Below are positions 54,093 through 64,000 of a DNA stretch of 64,000 nucleotides, piece after piece. A program made the position numbers and the translations under genes. The DNA lies in NCBI GenBank assembly GCA_964016885.1, contig OZ024741.1, forward strand, positions 183,272,001-183,336,000, given 5' to 3'. Numbering within the stretch: the stretch's first letter is position 1; every line of letters begins with the position of its first letter. This DNA is from Eledone cirrhosa. Lineage: Eukaryota. The notes under the pieces are model-generated. The model searched no databases. It was not told the origin of the DNA and saw only the letters and a list, made by a program, of their open reading frames with translations.

Positions 54093-54909
54093 ATAATGAT
54101 ACATGACATACCCTGAGATGTTAAATGGTTAAGATTTAATCGAGGTAGTGATTAACCTATGAGAAAACTCAACATTTATACCCTAATAATGAGAAAATGC
54201 GATAACGTAATAAATTCAATAGAGAAGGTATGAGTAAGAAAAACGTTGCTTTAATGTAACAGTTATAGAGTTTTTAAAATGTGGGATACTACAAATTATG
54301 ATTATCGAGGAAGACGTCTCTGGAATTATAATTTTATTACAGTTTAAGAAGGCAACAGATAGAGATTAAAGAGAGGGAGAGATAAAGGGGAGTAATTTAT
54401 GCAGAAAAATTTTTTTTCCCCTTAAGGACTAAGCGGTTAAGTTTCAAAATATTTAATTTATGTTATTTTAGGGTGAAGAATCAAATTTTAAGTTTTTAAA
54501 AGTTGATGGTTATTTATATTTATTAATTTTATAAATTTTATAAATTTTTTAAATGTGTTACATTTCTAAAATTCTGAATTTTATGAAAACAAAATTAAAG
54601 GATTTACTAGGCCCGCGAAAGAAAAATATACACTGTTGAATATTCCTTAAATGTAATCTTCAACAAAAATTACCTATAACAGTGTCAACATTTTCGGTAT
54701 GTAAAATTTATGAAGTACTTATTGTTAGAAATATCGAAAAATTTATTGTCAAGTAAATAGATTGTCTAGAGTATAATGATTAACGCATGATTACAAATAG
54801 ATTACAAATGATTCATGCATGATTACAAATGGAAAGATGCTGTGCTGAAGAGGACCTGTCCTGCCCTTGCCAGCAGGGAAAAGTGGATGTAAAATGATAA
54901 TGATGGTGA

Positions 54910-54970
<61 letters not shown>

Positions 54971-55598
54971 GATGATACTATGTAATTATGTAAGGCTGTA
55001 TACACAGGCGAGACAATATAACTAGGCAAGGCTATATTATATTCCCAAATAAGGCTATATAATCAATTGACCATATTCATAGGTAAGGCTATATAATTGG
55101 TAGACCAACTATCCTCCTCCTCCTCTTCATCATCATCATTAGTAGTAGTAGTAGTAGTAGTAGTAGCATACTTTCTACATCCTCTCCTTCATACTGGTAT
55201 GGGTTGGACCTTTTAGCATGCACATTACTCTATATTTACAATTATATTTTCACAGAAAAGGCTTTATCTCTCATAATTATCTCACATAATATCGAATCTA
55301 TGAGATTTTAATATTATTTATTTTGAGAACAATACCTTGACATCAGTATGAGTGGCTGGTTATAGCCGGTTTGAACAGGAAGAGGTGAGAACATTCTGAC
55401 CGTTTTAGATGCTAAAGGGTTAAGGCAGTTTTTCTACAGCCAGATGCTTTTCCTAACACTAACTCCTATGCTTTTTCTTTCAAAATGGTATATACTGCTG
55501 ACATTCATCAAACTGTTTAGATGTGAGATGTATTGTTTATGACAAAAATAAATGTCACCAATTACTTTTAACATATCAACATGAAGATGTACCTGGAA

Positions 55599-55630
<32 letters not shown>

Positions 55631-57685
55631 GTACACTGTGTGTATCTACTTTATAGGTACACTGTATCCCTGCATACCATAAGAAGTAACAAAATGGTTA
55701 TGTGTGAGGAAGGGCATTCAGCTGTAAAACATTACCTCAGAAAATCCCATTCAAAACAAACGAGCATGGTAAAGTTGACACAAAAATGATGATAATGACA
55801 ATGACAACATGCATAAAATAATGCCATATACACAAATATTATATAATTAGGGATTTGGGTCCCTGCAAAATTTTACCTGTACAAATTGACCAAGACATGT
55901 CAGTTTAGGTAACCTAAATAACAAAAGATATAGGTTCCTGAATAAATTAATGTTTTAGCCTAAAAGATAGAAGTTTTCATACATCTTCTTAGGATTAACA
56001 GTAATCTCAGAATGGTTATGGCTTGAACTCTTTTGATCATTGGTTTGCATGATTAGAGCTGAACCTTGGGTTAAACAGCTACAGCAACAACAACTTTTTT
56101 GATCTTGAGCCAATAATGGTTTCTGATTTAGGCTCAAAGTCAACAATTTTGGTGGGCAAGTCAATTAAGTTGACCCAGTATGTTACTGGTGCTTTATTTT
56201 ATTGACCCTGTAAGAATGAAAGGTGAAGCTAACCATGGCGGGATTTGAACTCAGAACGTTAAGGGCCGTAACTCTATGCTGCAAAGCATGGTTTCTGACG
56301 CTCTACTGATAATGGTTTCTGATTTAGGCACAAGGCCAATAAACGCTCTACCAATAATGATTTCTATTATAGGCACAAGGCCAGCAATTTGGGGGAGAGG
56401 AAAGTTGATTAAATCGACCCCAGTGCATTACTGGTGCTTTATTTTATTGATCCCGTAAGGATGAAAGGCAAAGCTCTACTAATAATTGTTTCTACTTTAG
56501 GCACAAGGCCGGCAATTACCCAGTGCATTACTGGTACTTTATTTTATCGACCCCGTAAGGATGAAAGGCAAAGTAAACCTCGGCGGGATTTGAACTCAGA
56601 CCGTAAAGGGACGTAACTATGCTGGAAAGCATGGCGTCCGACTCTCTACCGATACTGCCAATCCACCACCCTCTACTAATAATGAAATCACTTTATAGTT
56701 ATTTGACCTTCTAAAGAATAATGGCTGAATCACCCTCAGTTCTCAACTTGCAATCTTAAAAAAAAGGAAGAACACATTGGATAACAATCTTAAAAACACT
56801 ATTTCTGAAGAAAAGACGGTATGATCATGACTGGAACACTTTTGATTATAATCTGCTGGATCAGAATCAACTAAACAAGGGGCTAAACAACCTAGGCTGA
56901 TCCTAGATTATATTCACACCACAAACACATGATCCATCAAGAGATCCTCAATCTATTATAATTACTAACCAAATTTCCCTCAAAATGGCAAGTTGTATGC
57001 TTTAAGGTGATTTTTTAAAAAAAATGTATAATCTTATATGTATTTTTCTATTATATAATCAACAAAAAAACAACAAAATACAAGGAAACAAACGAAATAA
57101 AAAAAGCATAGAAGCAAACTCAACACCTACAATATTCAACAAATTTCATCTGTACCCCATGTACAAGAAGGTAAATGTATTGCCACAAACCACCAGTGAT
57201 ATCTACTGCATTGACCATTTCACCTCATGGGGATTGTTCCTCAGGTGTGATGCCCTCATCCTAGTTTGGCAGAGAGCAGCTATCTGGAGACCAAGGACAC
57301 TGGAGGTCACAACAACAACCAGTGTGAAATAGTATCTGCCTGTTAATGTCTTTTATTTTCATCTTCTGCATAGTGAGTGGCATCTCCTGGGTTTATGAAT
57401 GTTTCAGAACACGTATTGTCCCAGATGAGTGATTTAGCTGCCTCAAACAGGGGAAAGGTTTATTTATTTGGGTGCCCACTATTACTGCAGTCAATGCCAA
57501 CAAACTGCAGTTTGTGATTGAAAATCATCAGTGTTATACTTTTCATGTATAATGTATAAAAAACAATAATTAATTCAGCATATCTATACATATTTATATA
57601 TTTAATTTTAAAACATCTTTCAGATTTACTTGTCTTCTAACAAAACTTTAAAAATCTTTGTTTGTTTTCCATCTATGATATAAAG

Positions 57686-57740
57686 GCTTGGAATATTCCA
57701 TCGAGATGTGAAACCAGAAAATATTTTACTTAAACTTCAC
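57686..57740 (+). CDS. MOK: MOK-like kinase exon (catalytic loop HRDVKPEN)
   Basis: taaag|...|gtaagt; 55 nt; (R)LGIFHRDVKPENILLKLH. No DFG exon was seen in the window, so the gene probably continues past 64000. Confidence 0.93.
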
Positions 57741-59189
57741 GTAAGTACTAAACATATTTTGTTTCAGTTATTAATATACCAAGTAGTTTAGTCTGCCAGG
57801 TGTTATGTTTCAGGCATGTTTAGTTATAAGTTTCGGCTTTACTTTAGTTCCAATACGAAGAGCTTAACTCATCTCACAGTGTAGCCACAGTTTTGGGGCC
57901 CGGTACTGGGTGGCACTACTGTGAGGAGGGACAGGTGCAGAACCACAGTTTGGGATGTAAGTGACTCACCTATGTTGGCAGTACCGAGCCCATCTCACAG
58001 TGGAACCATGGTTTCAGAGCCCGGCACTGGTGACACCGCTATGAGAAAGAACAGGCCAGTTGGCTGCGCCGAACCCCTCTCAGTGGTACACCAGTTTCGG
58101 AGCCAGGCCCTCTCCATGCTATGGACACTTCTCAATATGAAACTGGATAACCACATGTGACTCCATCACACGTTGAACCTTCTCAGTACCACTTTTTGGG
58201 GGTGCCTGGCATTGGATGGCACCACTATGCGAAGAGGCCAGTTGGAACCCAGTACTGGATGGCACCGATACGAGGAGCCTAACCCATCTCACAGTGTAGC
58301 CATAGCTTTGTGGCCCAGTATTGGATGGCACAAGCATGAGGAGGCACAGGCCAGCTAGCCGCGCCGAATCCACCACACAGCGTAACAATAGTTGAGGGGT
58401 CTGATACTGGATGATGTTGCTTTGAGGAAGGATAGGTGTGGGACAGTAATATGGGAGCCTGGCCCACAGCAGAAACACGTTTTTTTGGGGGGGTTTTTTA
58501 AGCCCAGCACTGGATGATACCACAAAGGGAAGGGACTGGTCGATTTGGCCATGCCAAACCCCTCCCATTGCGGCACCCCAGTTTTGGGGCCTTGTACTTT
58601 CCATGCCACGAACCCATCTCAGTATGAAACCACCTTTGGGGGGGTTGGCGTTAGATGGCACCACTATGCGAAGAGGCCAGTTGGTTTGGTGTTTGCATCG
58701 TGACCTTATTCATTGTTGACATTAGTTACTGGTCAACACTATTTACACGTGTTAGTAGTTGCTAAATTAGCAATACGGTTCTTTTTGGGAGCGGGGGTTA
58801 TTAGGATTAGAAGATGGTTGCCTTCATGGATGTGGAGGTGTGTGCGTAATGTGGTTAAGTTTATATGGGTTTCTTGTTTTTGATTGGAGGAGGGCAGAGG
58901 GGAAAAGTGTCTATGATAATTGAGCTGCTTTTTTTGGCTATTGACTACACATGTTATGATTAAAATATTCTAAATAACTATTTACTTAAGCAATACGACA
59001 AAGATAATATAACAAAATATACATTCAAAAGAAATTGATCAGTATTGACAAAATGAATGTATAAATCATCATCATCATCATTGTTTAACGTCCATCTTCC
59101 ACGCTAGCATGGGTTAGACGATGTATATATATATATATATATACACATATAAATATGTATATATATATTTGTATATATATATATATATC

Positions 59190-59609
59190 ATCATCATCAT
59201 CATCATTTTACGTCCGCTTTTCCCTGCCTGCAAGGGTGGGACGGGTCCTATTCAGCACAGCATCTCTCCACTTCTCATGGTCCTTCGTCATCTCCACTGT
59301 GAGCTTCAGCGATCTGAGGTCTGCTCTCACCACCTCCACCCATGTTTTTCGTGGTCTACCTCTACCACGTCTTCCTTCAACTGGCATTTCCTGGCACTTC
59401 TTCTTCACCCATCGGTCATCCTCCATATGCATCACATGTCCATACCATCGCAGTCTCCTCTCTCGCACACTACATTCTATCCCTCTCAGACACAGTTTCT
59501 CTCTCAACTCATCCATGCTCGGTCGTTCACGCACATTGACATTGCACATCCAACGGAGCATGTTTGCCTCATTTCTCTCCAGCCATCGCATATCCTCTGC
59601 TGTTGCTGC

Positions 59610-59611
<2 letters not shown>
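59190..59611 (-). mobile_element. RTE family A 3' fragment
   Basis: Near-identical to 1472-1876; ends at (TA)n. Confidence 0.9.
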
Positions 59612-59660
<49 letters not shown>

Positions 59661-60374
59661 TGTATATATATATACATACATACGTATGTATGTATATATA
59701 TATATATATATATACATACATGTGTGTATGTATATGTGTGCATGTACACACACATACACGCATATTACCATCCAGGATTTCAAAAAGCTTTCACACACAT
59801 ATTCTTACCATTTCCTTTTTTATAAAGACTTGTTACAACACTCTCTCATGTAGACACTGTTACCATCCCCTTTCCATAAAAAACTTCTTACTGCTATCTC
59901 ACCTATAAATATTAGGACAAAATAATAATTGTTTCTACATTTGGCACAAGCCCAGCAATTACCCAGTATATTACTGGTACTTTATTTTATCGACCCCATC
60001 AGGATGAAAGGGAAAGTTAACCTCGGCGGGATTTGAACTCAGTCTGTAAAGGGACGTAACTATGTTGGAAAGCATGGCGTCCGACTCTCTACCAAGACTG
60101 CCAATCCACCAAATGGTTTCTTATATAGGCACAAGGCCAGCAATTTTGGGGGAAGGGGAAAGTTAATTAAATTGGCCCGAGTGTGGGACTGGTACTTTAT
60201 TTTATCGACCCCGTAAGGATGAAAGGTAAAGTTAACCTCGGCGGGATTTGAAATTAAGCTGTAAAGGGCCATAACTATATGCTGTAAAGAATGGTGTATG
60301 ATGCTCTACTAATACTGTCAATCACCACCCCAGAACTGATGTTGTTTAGCCCCAGGACTGATGTTGTTTAACAT

Positions 60375-63300
60375 TAGGAGTACACCTATGGACCGCCACA
60401 AGGTGCCCCATATTTAGCTGCTATTTCTAGCACACCTATAGACCACCAACAGGTTCGCGCTGTTTAGCTGATGTAGCTGCTACTTCTAACAGACCTATGG
60501 ACCACATTGAGGCTCCCCCTATTTAGCTGCTTTAGTTGATATTTCTAGCACACATGGACCACTATAAAGTTGCGCCTGTTCAGCTGATGTAGCTGCTATT
60601 TCTAGCAAACCTATAAACCACCATAGGGTTCCCCCTATTTAGCTGATATTTCTAGCAAACCAATGGACCACCACGAAGTTCCCCTGTTTAGATGATATAG
60701 ATGCTATTTCCAGCACACCTATGGACCACCATAATGTTCCTCCTATTTAGCTGCTATTTCTAGCAAACCTATGAACCACCATGATGTCCCTCTGTTTAGA
60801 TTATGTAGCTCAGACATGTCAAACATGCGGCCCATGGGCCACATGTGTCTCTTTACAAGCACACTTGCAGCCCACACAAAGGGTTTTACAAGACGGGCAT
60901 GTTTCATTTTCGTAATATAAAATTTAAAAAATTTTCGATACGATTATTTGTTTTTGTGCGATTTTTATCGACTACTTTTAACTTCCAACTCCGAAAAATC
61001 ACGCACAGCTCATTAACAGTTGTAAACAGAAAACTTTCTTCCAAAATTTCAAAAGATTTTGCCTTTAAAATGGCTAGTGCTCCTCCAGCTAAGAGGAAAA
61101 GGAAATTGAATGAAGAATGGCGAGTGTTTCAAGAAAAGTGGGAATTACAGTATTTTTGCCCAACGGTGAATGGAAAAATAGACTGTTTAATTTGCAACAA
61201 CTGCATCACCACACCAAAAGAGTACATTTTGAAAAGACATTATGAAACGAACCATCGATCTTACTATAAATATGAAGGCCCATTGCGTGTTTCAAGACTC
61301 AAGGAATTGAAGGCTAACTTGACAGCAACAGACCTGTTTTATGTAAATTTCAGGAAGAGAAAGTCGCTTCCATTACTGCAAACTATGAACTCAACCAAAT
61401 AATCGCCATGAGTGGGAAATTTTACAGTGAAGGAGATTTTGTAAAGCAATGCCTTGTAAAAACAGTTGAAATTGTATGTCCAGAGAAAGCAGAGTTATTG
61501 AAAGACATTTCATTAACCAGGAACACTGTTGCTGAGCGGATTGATGAAATGTCAGGTGATCTGAAACAACAGTTGAAGACTGTATCATCAAGGTTTGAAC
61601 ATTTTTCTATTGTTATTGATGAGACCATTGACATCACTGGAATAACATAACTTGCATTCTTCATCAGGGCCTGTGACAGTGAATTTAATATTTATGAAGA
61701 ACTGATTGAACTGGTCCCCATGCATGACACTATAACAAGCCAGGTCATCTTTGGAAAGGTCGAGCAGGTTCTGCATGACTATGGTTTTCTTTAGTAAACT
61801 AGCATGCTTATCTACTGACGGTGCTGCGAATATGGTTGGCAGATATAATGGTGTTGCTGCCAAGTTACGAACAAAAATAGAAAACTCACATCCAGATTCA
61901 TCATTTCCACATTTTCACTGTATTATTCATCAGCAAAATTTGTGTTCAAAGATTTTAAAATTGCATCATGTGCTTAGCTTGGTCACAAAAACAGTGAACT
62001 ATATCAGAGGCTGTGCTCTCAACCACTGTCAATTCAGCCAGTTGTTGGAAGATATGGATAATCAGTTCACCAATGTTCCATTCTACACAGAAGTCCGCTG
62101 GTTGTCATGTCACAAAGTGCTGAAAAGATTCTATGTTGAGACAAGAAATAATTATGTTTTTGGAGACAAAGGGTCAAAACACAGATGAAATAAAAGATGA
62201 AAGTTGGCTCCAAGATCTGGCTTTTGCTGTGGATATTACTGCACAATTAACTGATCTTAATTTGAAATTACAAGGTAAAAACAAACTCATCACTCACTTG
62301 TATGATGACATCAAGTACTTCATTAGAAAACTAAGCTTATGGAAGTTACAGTTGTCAAATGAAAATTTAATTCATTTTCCTATGTGCAAAAAGTTGAAAA
62401 ACACTGCCAATACTGAGTCTGTACTTAGCTTTGCTAAGTATGACAGTCACCTGGAATTGTTGTCAAAGGAATTTCAGGAAAGATTTTGTGATTTCTCATC
62501 TTTTCAACATCAGTTTGCATTATTCTCAGCACCATTCACCTTTGATGCTGCCAGGCAGAAGAAAGCCTGCAGATGGAGCTATTGGAAATGCAGTCAGATT
62601 CTACACACAGAGCAAAGTATCTTGAAGTGGAGATATCTGGTTTCTTTTTATACCTTCCTCAAAAGTTAAAAAACTTCAGAAAGTTTGCCACAAAGATTAT
62701 GGCAATGTTTGGTTCTACCTATGTGTGTGAACATTTATTTTCCTTCATGAAATTAACAAAAACTTCTCAGAGAACAAGGCTGACTGATCAACACTTGTCA
62801 TCTCTAATCAAATTTGGAACTGTACAGACACTTCAGTCAGACAATTGTCAACAAAAAGAAGTGTCAAGCCTCAGGACAAAACACTAAAAATAGTTGAACA
62901 GTAGCAAATAAATGTTCAGTTTTGAACTGTTGTAATTTTTCTACAATGTATTTGTTACTGTTGCAAGCTGCAAGTATATGTTGTCATTTCAAATTTTAGT
63001 TTTTTGTCAAACCACTTCCTCCCTTAGTATACATGAATGCTGCTAAAACATTTGTATGTTTCTAAATTTAAGTAACACATTTTTCTGCAATAAATTTTAT
63101 TAAATTACTTTAATTAGTTGTCATGTGCGGCCTTCAGACAACACATATGTGACCCATGCGGCCCTTGGGGGACCCTCAGTTTGACATGCCTGATGTAGAT
63201 GCTATTTCCAGCAAACTTATAGACCACCATGATGTTCCCCCTGTTTAGCTCGTGTAGCTGCTATTTCTAGCACTCCTATTAACCACTATCCGGTTACCCC

Positions 63301-63840
63301 TATTTAACTGCTATTTCTAGCAAACCTATGGACCATCATGAGGTTCCTCCTATTCAGGTGCTATTCAGGTGCTATTTCTAGCACACCTATGTACCGGGGT
63401 TCCCCTGTTTAGCTGATCTAGCTGTTATTTCTAGAACGCCTCACAATCAACTCACCCCTATTTAGCTGCTATTTCTAGCACACCTATGAACCAAAATGAG
63501 GTTCGCCCTATTTAGTTGCTATTTCTCGCACATTTATTGGACCACATGAGGTTCTTCCTGTTTATCTAATATAGCTGCTATTTCTAGCACATCGATAGAC
63601 CACCTTGAGCCCCTCCCCCCTGTTTAGCTAATGTAGCTGCTATTTCTAGCACACCTATGGACCACTTTGCGGTTTCCCTTATTTAGCTGCAATTTCTGAC
63701 ACACCTATGGATCACCATATGGTTCCCCCTGTTTAGATGCTATTTCCAGGATACGTGTGGACCACCAGGAGGTTCCTCCTGTTTAGCTGATGTAGCTGCT
63801 ATTTCTAGCACACCTTTGGACCACTTTGAGGTTCCCCCTT
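60375..63840. repeat. ~50-59 bp satellite, interrupted by the hAT element
   Basis: Unit tttagctg(atgtagctg)ctatttctagcacacctatggaccaccatgaggttcccc at 60375-60810 and 63193-63840. Confidence 0.9.
60811..63192 (+). mobile_element. Full-length but inactivated hAT transposon (Charlie/Buster/SPIN, GTF2IRD2-like)
   Basis: 14-bp TIRs cagacatgtcaaac/gtttgacatgcctg. 8-bp TSD atgtagct/atgtagat. Transposase from ATG 61070 to ~62887 with a Zn-finger CLICN...KRHY, IDETIDIT, TDGAANM, HCIIHQ, VRWLS and FGSTYVCE, broken by frameshifts and stops. Confidence 0.95.
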
Positions 63841-64000
63841 ATGTTATGTTGTATACACAATAAAAAAAAGTCATTTGTAGGTAAATAGTTAGTTCATTGT
63901 TTTTTTATTGTTCTATGCACAAACACTTATATGTCAATGACTGTAACCCGGATGGATTTTCTTTGAGGATACCTTAGGCTGTGATCACCTACTACTAAAA

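Noticed and set aside
61070-62887. GTF2IRD2/ZBED-like host gene
   Set aside because: It is bounded by TIRs and a TSD and broken by frameshifts, so it is a transposon copy.

Overview
AT-rich, microsatellite-dense animal genomic DNA, most likely a coleoid cephalopod such as Octopus (inferred from the SINE and RTE families). The ORF track misses the one host gene. Five short + strand exons (18110-18224, 44987-45076, 49401-49471, 53796-53874, 57686-57740) splice in frame into the N-terminal part of a MOK/RAGE-type CMGC kinase. The rest is introns or flanks filled with repeats: RTE LINEs carrying a PHD-type finger after the RT domain, two tRNA-derived SINE families, deleted Tc1/mariner, maT, hAT, piggyBac-MITE and Helitron remnants, and satellites. 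The most striking hidden signal is about 12 hammerhead-ribozyme motifs from about five sequence families. They lie in short non-coding islands in or beside (TA)n arrays. They include back-to-back inverted ribozyme pairs, an ~850 bp palindrome with a ribozyme on each arm, a ribozyme with a 77-nt insert in stem II, and a 466-nt unit with a 77-bp terminal redundancy that resembles a retrozyme or non-autonomous Penelope-like element. Ribozyme folds were read by eye and no activity is shown.
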